A DNA stretch of 64,000 bases, taken from the NCBI GenBank assembly GCA_963808235.1, contig CAWEEQ010000001.1:224001-288000 (forward strand). The letters run 5' to 3'. Position numbers and translations under genes: made by a program. Source of the stretch: an uncultured delta proteobacterium (GTDB lineage: Bacteria; Desulfobacterota; Binatia; Binatales; Binataceae). Each line of letters starts with the position of its first letter. Position 1 is the first letter of the stretch. Positions 49,115 to 57,602 of this stretch are shown here, piece after piece. The notes under the pieces were generated by a model. The model did not search any database. It was given only the letters and a program-made list of their open reading frames with translations, and was not told the DNA's origin.

Positions 49115-52100
49115 GCCGGGCTCCGCGAATCCAGACTAGTAGTCATCAGCTCGGTTTCATAACTGACTATTTGCTTCCATGCGGGCCGCGCGAAATATAA
49201 GCCCGCCTTTCCGTCTCCGCTCGGAAGCACGCCGCGAAGAAAGACGTAGAGAAGGCCGCCGAACCTGGATTCGTAGTCGCGCTCCGTGCGAATGCCGAGC
49301 AGGCGGACAACGCCCAGGGCATACAGATCCGCCTGCAAACTGTAGTGACGTTGAACATGGGCGCTCACTGCAAACGGATCGTACGAAGGCAGGAGGTCGC
49401 CTTTCCAATCTGCAAAATAAAATTTGTTTTCTCGCTCAAAAACCAGGTCTATAAAGCCTCTGACGTAGCCGCGGTCGACGGTCCACGCGCCATCTGCAGC
49501 GTTTCCGGGCAGCTGATGATCCTTCTCCGGAATCGGGTATGCAAATTCCATTTCGCGCACTTTCGCCAACCGGTAGAGCCCGTTTTCAAGCACAGTCTGT
49601 CCGAGTGCGATGGGCGAGGTCAGCGCATTGAAAACAATTTCGGTTCCGCGCTCCATCCAGCGCGAATCGTTCACCCCGCTGCGTCGCATCGCCCCCGCGA
49701 ACAACTCGCGGATGTCCTCACGCGCCGCCCACGATCTCAGATCAGAGTTGTCGCCAATGGACTCAAATTCCAGTTTCTCGATTACCTCGTGCAGGAAAAT
49801 TCCGACCGCACGCCCGCCGGGCAGGTCAATGCCACCGGCATGCGGCTCGATCGAGTCGATCGCTCTCGCGAATTCGTTGGCATCCGAGTCATCCGCGTCG
49901 AACGGCTCCGCAGCGTCACGCGAATGTTGCAACGATGTGTACGACCAAATCCTCAGAGGAGCGTGTTTCGCCGCTATCGCGGAAATGTTCTTGCGCGCGT
50001 CATCGTCATGAGTTTCATCGACCAGCGCCAACGGCGGATTCCAGTCGCGCAGCGCCGCTTCGACGCTTCCCGGCTTCGGAGAATCTACGTTGGCTCGGCG
50101 CACTTCCTCGATCTCGAAAAGCTTTGGCGCTCGCTTGTCGTTCTTCAACAGAAATTTGAGCCGCTCATTCAGACGCTTGTAGAAACCATTGAGTCCGCGA
50201 ATCGACTTGTCGGGAAAGTAAGGCAAATACAGCTTTGAACGCGCGCGCGTCAGCGCAACGTACATCAGGCGCTGATCTTCTTCGGCTTCCTCGTTCCGAA
50301 TTGTCGTTTTCGCGGCATCTTGTTCTTCTTTGCTGACCGCAACGCGACGATCACCATTTTCGTGATATACCGCAATGCCGCCGTGACCTGCGCGATGAGT
50401 TCCGCCGAACAGAAAAACGACTTCAGCTTCGAGGCCCTTGCTCTTGTGAACAGTCATGATCTGCACCGCGTTGCTCTCGCTCTCGACACGCAAAACATCG
50501 CTGTCATCGCCGCCGGGTAACGCGCGATGCGAGATATAATCGGCAAGCAGTTCGATCAGCTCGGCGAGCGCGAGCCTTTTGGCGACGGCCTTCTCCAGTA
50601 AAATCTCGAATATGTGCACGTAGTTAGTCAGCTCGCGGCCGCTGCTGGAAAGGAACAGCTCGCGATTGACCAGTCCGCTGCGATGCAGCATCGCTTCGAA
50701 CAATTCGGCAAACCGCTCCTGCTCGGCGAGCGACTTCCATTCGTAGAGCCGCTCCAGGAGCGGATGCGACGGCAGTAGGTCCGCGACGTTCGCGAGACTC
50801 GTATACGGCACCGCGAAGAACGGCGTCATCCACGCCTTGAATCGACACGAGCGGCTTTCAGGCGATTGCACGCCCCTCAACCCGTCGAGAATGTCGCTCG
50901 CCTCCGGAGTTTCAAACAGACCCTCCTGCTTGTAGAAGACGAAGGGCACCCCGGCCGCGCGCAGATGCTTGCCGATTGAAATGCTCTCCGTATTCGAGCG
51001 CGTCAGAATGAAAATGTCTTTCGCTTCCACCAATTTGAGCGCGCCATCTTTGGCCCTGACCCGGAGTTGCGCCGACTCATCGCGGAGCATTTTCCTGATC
51101 GTCGTCGCGATATGAGAACCGATTGTTTCGCGCGCGCCAGCCGCCGAACACGGCTCGATCGTGGTCAACTTTAAAAGCGTGACGGGTTTGAAGGGATGGC
51201 GCTCATCCTCGGTGCTGAGCGTGCGTTTCACCGGGCTGTCATAAATAATTTCTCCGGTGAAGAATGGCGCCGCAGCGGTCTGCAGCAAGATCAAGTTCAC
51301 CGCCTCGATTAGTTTTCCGGAGGAACGGAAATTTTCAGTCAGCGGAACGAAAGCTGCCCTTTGTGCGTTCAATTCGGATCGAGCGGCGATGTAAGTGAAA
51401 ACGTCTGCGCCGCGGAATGCGTAGATTGCCTGTTTCGGATCGCCGATCAGATAGATGAAATTTTTCTCGCCATCGACGAAAATCCGCCGAAAGATCTTCC
51501 ACTGCAGTTCATCGGTGTCCTGGAATTCGTCGATGAGCGCATAGCGGTAGCGCTCGCGCAACGTCTCCGCGAGTCGCGCGCCTCGAACCTCGTCGAGAGC
51601 GGCGGCGAGCCACGCGAGCATATCGTCGTAGTCGAGCAGACCTTGTTCGCGCTTGACGCTATTCATGCGCGTCACAATTCGCGGCAGAAGTTCGTCGACT
51701 ACCCGCACTTCGATTGGAAGCGCTGCGCGTTCGCCCGCACTCAGCTGCGCATGGCGCGTCGGTTCATCGGTCATTAGATAGCGCTTCTGATGAGCCGCGT
51801 AGAGATGATCTTCCAGGACGTTTATCTGACGCGTCGCAAGCCAGTCGGCCAGCAATGTTCCGGCCGCTTGGTCGCTTGCGCCATGTTCCCGCAGCTCAGC
51901 TCGAAACGCCTGGTGAAAACTGCTCAGCGTGTCGGTAATTTGGACCTCGAATCGTGTACCGGTCTGAAAGGCCAGTTCAGAGAGGATCCGATGGCAGAAG
52001 CTGTGGATGGTTTGAATCGGCGCGCGATCGAATGCGAACAACGCTTCCCTGAGTTTGCGAACGCCTTCGGCGCCATCGCTCGCTCCCGTCGCCGACGCAT

Positions 52101-52338
52101 CGCCGATTGCCGATTCGAGCGTCGCGCGAATTCGCGAGCGCAGTTCGGTGGTCGCTTTCTCGGTGAACGTCACGACCAGAATGTTGTCGATGGTCGCGCT
52201 GGTCTTGAGCAGGATTTCGACGACCAGATTTTCGATGGTGTAAGTTTTGCCGGTGCCGGCGCTGGCCTCGATCACCGCATGCCGGTCGAGCGGTATCTGG
52301 TCGAGAATTGGCGGGCGCTGAAATTTCGATTCGCTCAT
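49111..52338 (-). CDS. recB: Exodeoxyribonuclease V beta subunit (helicase + nuclease), short arm domain
   Basis: EASAGTGKT, VTFTEKAT, TIHSFC, DEFQDT, GDPKQAIYAFRGAD, TVHKSKGLE, YVALTRA, nuclease GFIDLVF..ADWK..Q..LY; ATGA overlap with recC. Confidence 0.93.
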   Translation of the reverse strand: MSESKFQRPPILDQIPLDRHAVIEASAGTGKTYTIENLVVEILLKTSATIDNILVVTFTEKATTELRSRIRATLESAIGDASATGASDGAEGVRKLREALFAFDRAPIQTIHSFCHRILSELAFQTGTRFEVQITDTLSSFHQAFRAELREHGASDQAAGTLLADWLATRQINVLEDHLYAAHQKRYLMTDEPTRHAQLSAGERAALPIEVRVVDELLPRIVTRMNSVKREQGLLDYDDMLAWLAAALDEVRGARLAETLRERYRYALIDEFQDTDELQWKIFRRIFVDGEKNFIYLIGDPKQAIYAFRGADVFTYIAARSELNAQRAAFVPLTENFRSSGKLIEAVNLILLQTAAAPFFTGEIIYDSPVKRTLSTEDERHPFKPVTLLKLTTIEPCSAAGARETIGSHIATTIRKMLRDESAQLRVRAKDGALKLVEAKDIFILTRSNTESISIGKHLRAAGVPFVFYKQEGLFETPEASDILDGLRGVQSPESRSCRFKAWMTPFFAVPYTSLANVADLLPSHPLLERLYEWKSLAEQERFAELFEAMLHRSGLVNRELFLSSSGRELTNYVHIFEILLEKAVAKRLALAELIELLADYISHRALPGGDDSDVLRVESESNAVQIMTVHKSKGLEAEVVFLFGGTHRAGHGGIAVYHENGDRRVAVSKEEQDAAKTTIRNEEAEEDQRLMYVALTRARSKLYLPYFPDKSIRGLNGFYKRLNERLKFLLKNDKRAPKLFEIEEVRRANVDSPKPGSVEAALRDWNPPLALVDETHDDDARKNISAIAAKHAPLRIWSYTSLQHSRDAAEPFDADDSDANEFARAIDSIEPHAGGIDLPGGRAVGIFLHEVIEKLEFESIGDNSDLRSWAAREDIRELFAGAMRRSGVNDSRWMERGTEIVFNALTSPIALGQTVLENGLYRLAKVREMEFAYPIPEKDHQLPGNAADGAWTVDRGYVRGFIDLVFERENKFYFADWKGDLLPSYDPFAVSAHVQRHYSLQADLYALGVVRLLGIRTERDYESRFGGLLYVFLRGVLPSGDGKAGLYFARPAWKQIVSYETELMTTSLDSRSPA

Positions 52339-55300
52339 TGCCACTCGTCGAAGATCCCTGCGATCGGTTCGTAGCGGTCATCAATGATGCGCAAAAGTCG
52401 ATCGAGATTTGGCGCCTCGAAACTGTGCGCGATATCTTTTCTGATTGGACCGTTGCAGGAGCTGCAAAACTTATCCGTGGCCGCGCGCAATTTCTCGATC
52501 TCTTCCTCGATACTCTCGTCCTCTTCGTTTCTTCGAGCCTTGTAAACAACCTCGACCGCCTCGAGTGGCAGAAAATAGTTGGTGGTCGCCGAGAGCAATG
52601 CACCCACTAGTTTCGCCAGGTACTGGCGCGCCTCTTCGCGGCTCATCGGAAGGAACTTTCTGATCCACGCGGGCTTGTCGCCGCCGCCCACGATAATCGT
52701 GCGGAAGTTCGGATCGAGCGGTTCGCCCGCCGCGCTGAGCGCGACCGAATGCATCACGAGAACCAGCAGATCCCGTGCCTTCGTCCCTTCGCGAACAACC
52801 TGCTGCATCGCCGCATCGAGCTTCGGCGACATCCGCCGGACGGTGCCATAGAGATTGACCCGCTGTATGTAAGCGTCTGCGCCGGGCCGTTCGACGTTGA
52901 CGTCAAGCGCGATCGCATCGACGAGTCGGTCCGCGCGAAACGATTCGTCGGCCCGGCCGATCCGAACATCTTGCCATTGCGCCAGGTCTCCGACTCTCGC
53001 CCGCGACGCTTTTTCTATCCATCCGCCGATCAACCCCCGATTGATCATCGCGGCGTTATCCGCGAACACTCCGGCCGGCGACAGCCCCTTCATCTGCGCA
53101 ACCGAAAGCGCATCCTTATATGTCTGCTGGATAGCAGTCGGGTCGCCGCCGCAGGCCCAGAAAACGTCGCGCAGCAGAATTGTCTTTTGCAGGATCGACT
53201 GCTCGATCGGTTCGTCACCGCCTTCTTCAGCGGCATCATCATCTTCGAACATGCCGAGCGCGTATCGCGCCGTCGCTTGCAACGGACAGAGCAGAAACTG
53301 TCTGAGTGCGGAAAGTGGAAGCCAAATTTCCTCACGCCGATGCGATCCCGTCGCGATGCTCTGCGGTGGGTTGATGATCTGAAGACTCTTGCCGATGCGA
53401 TCGGCGATTCGCGCCGGCATCACTTTCAACAGTTCGTCTTGCTCGGGCAAGGGAAGGTGTCGCACATGCTCGTTTAAGTTTTTTCTGAGCGCCAGCATCC
53501 GCGCGCCTCGGCGCGCATCGGGATCGAAGCTTGCAAGTTCGCGATCCTGTTCAGGAGTCGGCGACTCTCCGAACTCAGGAAAATATCTGAGATCATATTC
53601 GCTGACGGGATGCTCAATTGTCATTTTCTTCAAAGTCTCGGCGTCAACGAATCCGCGCAGGATGAATTGTAGTTCGCGAATGACAGACGACGGCTCGAGC
53701 TGGTCTCCCGTTTTCGCATCGCGCACTACGTAGGAGAGAAAAATACGCTCGCGCGCGGCCAGCAGTGTCTCGAGGAAGAGATAACGATCGCGCTCGGTCG
53801 GGGTGACATCGCCGGCACTGCGTTTGAGCGTCCGCAGATCCAACGGACCACCGCGATCCCGCGCAGGAAAGTCAGTTTCATTGAGTCCCAGCGCAAAGAT
53901 CGTCTTAAAAGGAATCGAACGAAGCGAGGAAAGCGACCCGACCGCGACTCCGCGCCCCGAAAATTGTCTCTGGCGCGATTCGAAGTCGGCGATTCGCGCG
54001 ACCACCATTTCGCGCGCCGATTCATACGAGATCGGACCGACGCGCAATGTTGATTCGCCCATCGAATCGATCGCATCGAGAAAGCTGTCGCGAACTCGTT
54101 CGTCGATCGCGCTCGCGGGCCGGATGTACGCCTTCACGTACTCGATGAGCAGCTGCAACCACTCGGGCAGAGTCAGACGCGCGTGGCGCATCGATAAAGC
54201 ATCGGCGATGAGCGAGCGCGCTCCGCGGACGAACTGCGCCGCGCCGGCGAGCTGGTCCTGTGCGATTTCGAGCGGCAGGTAGCGGCTCGAGCCGGCCTCG
54301 AAGAATTTCGGCTTCTCGTCAGGCTGACCCAGCATCATCACGCCCAACGCGAGGCGTTTGATTCCCTGGTCCCAGTTGAAGAGTCCGGACGGAATATACG
54401 TGTCCTTCAGGTCTTCGTCGTCGGCGCCGAAGAAGATGCCGAGCGCCTCGCTCCATCGGGAGTACGCACTTGCGTCGATTCCGCTGTCGCCAATCAGCGC
54501 GGGATGGGTGAGGAGGCGGATTACTTCTCCACGCGCCAAACGGCTCTGCGGCAGTGCGAGGAGCAATTCGAAAGCTTCGGCAACCCGGCTGGTGCTGGAT
54601 AGTGTTCGGTTAACCAGATCGATTGGAATTTCCTGCTTGCGAAAGACGCTTTCGATGTGCGCGATGTACTGGTCGATCGACGAATCGGGAACCATCACGG
54701 CGATCTCGTGGAATCGAATGCGGGCGGCTTTGTTTTGCGCGAAGAGATCTTCGTCCTCGCGAATGATCGACAGGATTGCATTCGCCGCGATTTCCGCTTC
54801 ACGGCGGAGGCCCGGGCAGGCGAGGAATCGGATGCGACGATCGTCTGGAGTGCCCGCGCCCGGAGCGACTTGGGGACGAGCGGGCTCACGATCGAGAATA
54901 TTTTTTTGGAAAATTTCGAAAAGGCCCACCTTGCCGAAAGTTGACGGATCGGAAAAGAGTGGAACGAAATCGCATTGTGAAAGTTCGTTCATCACGCGGA
55001 TATATTCGCGGCCCGGCCGCCCCCAGAGCCGCAGAGCGGGCGAGTCGGAAATTGCGTTGAGCGCGAATGGGTCTTCGGATTCGTCGATCAGGCTGCCGAC
55101 TTTGTCGGCGCGACGCGCCCATCCGGCGAGCACTCCGCGGCGCGACGTGTCTACATCTTCCCAGAACTCGCGGCAGGGATTCAGTGCGTAGATTCGCAGG
55201 TCGGCGACTGCGCCCAGCCGGGCGAAGATTTCCGCGTAGGCGTTGCCTGCGTACGAGGAGCCGAATACATGCATCGGCGACGACATCGCGGCGCTCAACT

Positions 55301-55931
55301 GCTGCGAATCGATGGACTCGAACGCGTCGGGGAGCATCATCAAACGGGTTTCGGAATCTAGCATCCACTCTGGGCGGACGCGGCCATGCGAATCGAAGAC
55401 CAGTTGCCAGAGGTGGCGCTGCCATCGCTCCATTTCATTCATCGCGGCGAGATCGGTACGCGCGGCCGAGCGCCATCGTTTGATCATCTGGCGGCGGGAA
55501 ATTGAATATTCGCGAAACAGGCGCGCCAGTTGTCCGGCGAGGGAAAGAGTTCTGAGCTCGAGGTCAGAGTCGGTGTTCGAGCCGGCGCGGATGTAGTCGC
55601 GGGCCGGCTTCAACTCGGGATCGTCGCGATGGGAAGAATTTTGGAGGCATTCGAAGAGGACCATCTGGAGTTGGTCGGCGTCGAGGATTTTAAGCCTGGG
55701 ATCCGCCGACTTGAGAATTTCGGCCAGGTAGCTGCGCAGGAATGGAAATTTGAGGTTGGCGGCGATTCCGATCGATTCGGCCAGCCGATACTTCACGAAC
55801 TGCTCGACGACGCGGCTGGGCACGACAATCGAGATTGGTCCGAGCGGATTTTGGCGCTGATGCTCGGCGACCGCCTCGGCGAGCGGCGCGATGAGGTTTT
55901 CGAGCCGATTTGAGTAGTGAAGACGAATCAT
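52335..55931 (-). CDS. recC: Exodeoxyribonuclease V gamma subunit
   Basis: YSNRLENL, GIAANLKFPF, LNPCREFWED, WGRPGRE, RSIPFK, DRYLFLETLLAARERIFLSY, PSSV. Confidence 0.93.
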   Translation of the reverse strand: MIRLHYSNRLENLIAPLAEAVAEHQRQNPLGPISIVVPSRVVEQFVKYRLAESIGIAANLKFPFLRSYLAEILKSADPRLKILDADQLQMVLFECLQNSSHRDDPELKPARDYIRAGSNTDSDLELRTLSLAGQLARLFREYSISRRQMIKRWRSAARTDLAAMNEMERWQRHLWQLVFDSHGRVRPEWMLDSETRLMMLPDAFESIDSQQLSAAMSSPMHVFGSSYAGNAYAEIFARLGAVADLRIYALNPCREFWEDVDTSRRGVLAGWARRADKVGSLIDESEDPFALNAISDSPALRLWGRPGREYIRVMNELSQCDFVPLFSDPSTFGKVGLFEIFQKNILDREPARPQVAPGAGTPDDRRIRFLACPGLRREAEIAANAILSIIREDEDLFAQNKAARIRFHEIAVMVPDSSIDQYIAHIESVFRKQEIPIDLVNRTLSSTSRVAEAFELLLALPQSRLARGEVIRLLTHPALIGDSGIDASAYSRWSEALGIFFGADDEDLKDTYIPSGLFNWDQGIKRLALGVMMLGQPDEKPKFFEAGSSRYLPLEIAQDQLAGAAQFVRGARSLIADALSMRHARLTLPEWLQLLIEYVKAYIRPASAIDERVRDSFLDAIDSMGESTLRVGPISYESAREMVVARIADFESRQRQFSGRGVAVGSLSSLRSIPFKTIFALGLNETDFPARDRGGPLDLRTLKRSAGDVTPTERDRYLFLETLLAARERIFLSYVVRDAKTGDQLEPSSVIRELQFILRGFVDAETLKKMTIEHPVSEYDLRYFPEFGESPTPEQDRELASFDPDARRGARMLALRKNLNEHVRHLPLPEQDELLKVMPARIADRIGKSLQIINPPQSIATGSHRREEIWLPLSALRQFLLCPLQATARYALGMFEDDDAAEEGGDEPIEQSILQKTILLRDVFWACGGDPTAIQQTYKDALSVAQMKGLSPAGVFADNAAMINRGLIGGWIEKASRARVGDLAQWQDVRIGRADESFRADRLVDAIALDVNVERPGADAYIQRVNLYGTVRRMSPKLDAAMQQVVREGTKARDLLVLVMHSVALSAAGEPLDPNFRTIIVGGGDKPAWIRKFLPMSREEARQYLAKLVGALLSATTNYFLPLEAVEVVYKARRNEEDESIEEEIEKLRAATDKFCSSCNGPIRKDIAHSFEAPNLDRLLRIIDDRYEPIAGIFDEWQ

Positions 55932-56031
55932 CGCGGGGTCAGTTGCTTGTGATCATCGCTGCGCGTTGCCGATCGCGAGTATCACATAAACACGGAGTTT
56001 CCCTTGCATCCTTATATACTGCTCTTTCCAC

Positions 56032-56048
56032 ATGACAACGGTTGTCAT
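56032..56048. promoter_or_regulatory. Perfect palindrome, candidate WYL-regulator operator
   Basis: ATGACAAC-G-GTTGTCAT in the 146-bp recC/WYL divergent gap; one half doubles as a TTGTCA -35 with TATAAG 16 nt downstream on the recC strand. Confidence 0.7.
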
Positions 56049-56077
56049 CGGGGGGAGGAGATGATGTAAGTGAATCC

Positions 56078-57106
56078 ATGAAGAAACTTCGGCGAAAACC
56101 CACCTATGGCGCCGCGATCCGGCTGGCGCGAATCGCGAGCGAGCTTTACTCGAAGCCGTACGGATGGAGTTTCGGGGCGATCGAGGACAGCCTGGAAATC
56201 TCGGCGCGCACGCTGGCGCGATATATTGCGGTGCTCAGGAGCGAGCTGGTCGACATGCGGGGCAATCCGATCGTGGAAGTCGTGGGCGAGGGCGAGGCGC
56301 GCAAGCTTCGTCTCGCGAGCTCGATGAAGGCGCAGGAGTCGTCATCCTACCAGGTCGCGCTGCTGTATTTTTCGCTGACGGTGCTGAAATTCCTGGACGG
56401 CACGGTGCTGGAGGAAGGAGTCGAGGGGCTGTGGGAGAAGCTTTATCAGAATCTTACGCTGACGCAGCAGACGCGGTTGTCCGACTTGCAGCGAAAATTT
56501 TTTGCGGTCCTCTATGCGCCGAAAGATTACGCGGCGTTCAGCGATCAGCTCGACGTGATTTTGCGCGCGCTGCTGGATCAGAGCCGAGTGAAAGTCGACT
56601 ACGCGGGCCTGACCGGAGAGGGAAAAGTGCACGATTTCGACCCGTATTCGCTAATCGCGTACCGGGGCGGTCTGTACCTGCTCGGGCGCAGCAATCGCAA
56701 CGAGGCGATCATTTATCTTGCGGTGGAGCGAATTCGTTCGGTGGATTTCATCCGTGGGGAGAATGGCGAGACTGCTCATTTCAGCTATCCGCGCGGATTC
56801 GATCCGGCGGCGCATACCGAGGGGACGTTCGGAATCGTCGATGGGCCGGAGACGCGGGTCGAGCTCAAGATTCACAACGAGCAGACCGAGGCGTACGTGA
56901 GATCGCGCACGATTCATCGCACGCAGAAGTTCACCAAGCGGCGTGACGGGACGACGATCATGACTATGGATATCAAGGGGACGACGGAGTTGGCGAATTG
57001 GATAATGAGTATGGGTCCGTGGATCGAGGTGCTGAAGCCATTGGCGTTGCGGAAGGATATTGCGCGGCGGCATGCGGAGGCGTCGCGGATGTATCGGGGG
57101 GCGTAG
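56078..57106 (+). CDS. HTH-WYL-WCX transcriptional regulator (YafY/PafC/DriD-like)
   Basis: wHTH LEISARTLARYIAVL; WYL domain FDPYSL..GGLYLLG..LAVERI; WCX ELANWIMSMGPWIEVLKPLALR. Confidence 0.93.
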   Translation: MKKLRRKPTYGAAIRLARIASELYSKPYGWSFGAIEDSLEISARTLARYIAVLRSELVDMRGNPIVEVVGEGEARKLRLASSMKAQESSSYQVALLYFSLTVLKFLDGTVLEEGVEGLWEKLYQNLTLTQQTRLSDLQRKFFAVLYAPKDYAAFSDQLDVILRALLDQSRVKVDYAGLTGEGKVHDFDPYSLIAYRGGLYLLGRSNRNEAIIYLAVERIRSVDFIRGENGETAHFSYPRGFDPAAHTEGTFGIVDGPETRVELKIHNEQTEAYVRSRTIHRTQKFTKRRDGTTIMTMDIKGTTELANWIMSMGPWIEVLKPLALRKDIARRHAEASRMYRGA

Positions 57107-57150
57107 GGCAGATGAGGGGGAGGGAGGGGATCCGGATGCGGGATTTTTGG

Positions 57151-57381
57151 TGTCATCCTGACGAAGGGAGCGACGCGAGCGGATGGAAGGATCTCGGACA
57201 GCGGCGCGCAAGCGCCGCCGGCTCCGGTTTTGGGTTGCTGCATCCAATGAAATCCGGAGCCTGCGCGACGGCATCAGCTAGGACCGCTTCGCGATTTCAA
57301 AAACCGGTACCGGTTCGCTGGCGCGAAGCTGTCCGAGATCCTTCTCCTGCGCGCGCTACGCGCGCTTCGGTCAGGATGACA
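57151..57381. repeat. Large nested inverted-repeat element (GTCATCCTGA...TCAGGATGAC REP/MITE-like, family B)
   Basis: Outer arms TGTCATCCTGACGAAG (57151) / CTTCGGTCAGGATGACA (57365); inner perfect 17-bp arms GAAGGATCTCGGACAGC (57186) / GCTGTCCGAGATCCTTC (57328). Confidence 0.85.
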
Positions 57382-57452
57382 GATAGGCTCGCGCTACGCG
57401 CTGCGGCCAGGATGACAGATAGGCTCGCGCTGCGCGCTTTGGTCAGGACGAC
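57372..57452 (+). repeat. 36-bp tandem repeat (~2.3 units) derived from the element's right arm
   Basis: CAGGATGACAGATAGGCTCGCGCTRCGCGCT... starting at 57372, 57408 and (partial) 57444. Confidence 0.85.
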
Positions 57453-57602
57453 GGAAAAGGGCGAAGGTTGCGGGGGCCGGTTGGCGGGTTCATTCTGGCG
57501 GTTGAGGGAATTTTCTCTGTATCGTGAGCGAAGCTCGACACGATTGGATTTTCGGTGCGAGGTTCCGATCGGCGCGCTCTCGTCCAGGAAGGTGAGTAGT
57601 CG

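Noticed and set aside
47075-57106. Prophage or integrative element carrying recBCD
   Set aside because: No integrase, transposase, tRNA or att-like direct repeats seen; mobility remains unproven
57372-57452. 36-bp periodic repeat next to a WYL gene as a possible CRISPR array
   Set aside because: Units are head-to-tail with no unique spacers, only ~2.3 copies, derive from the REP arm, and no cas genes are present
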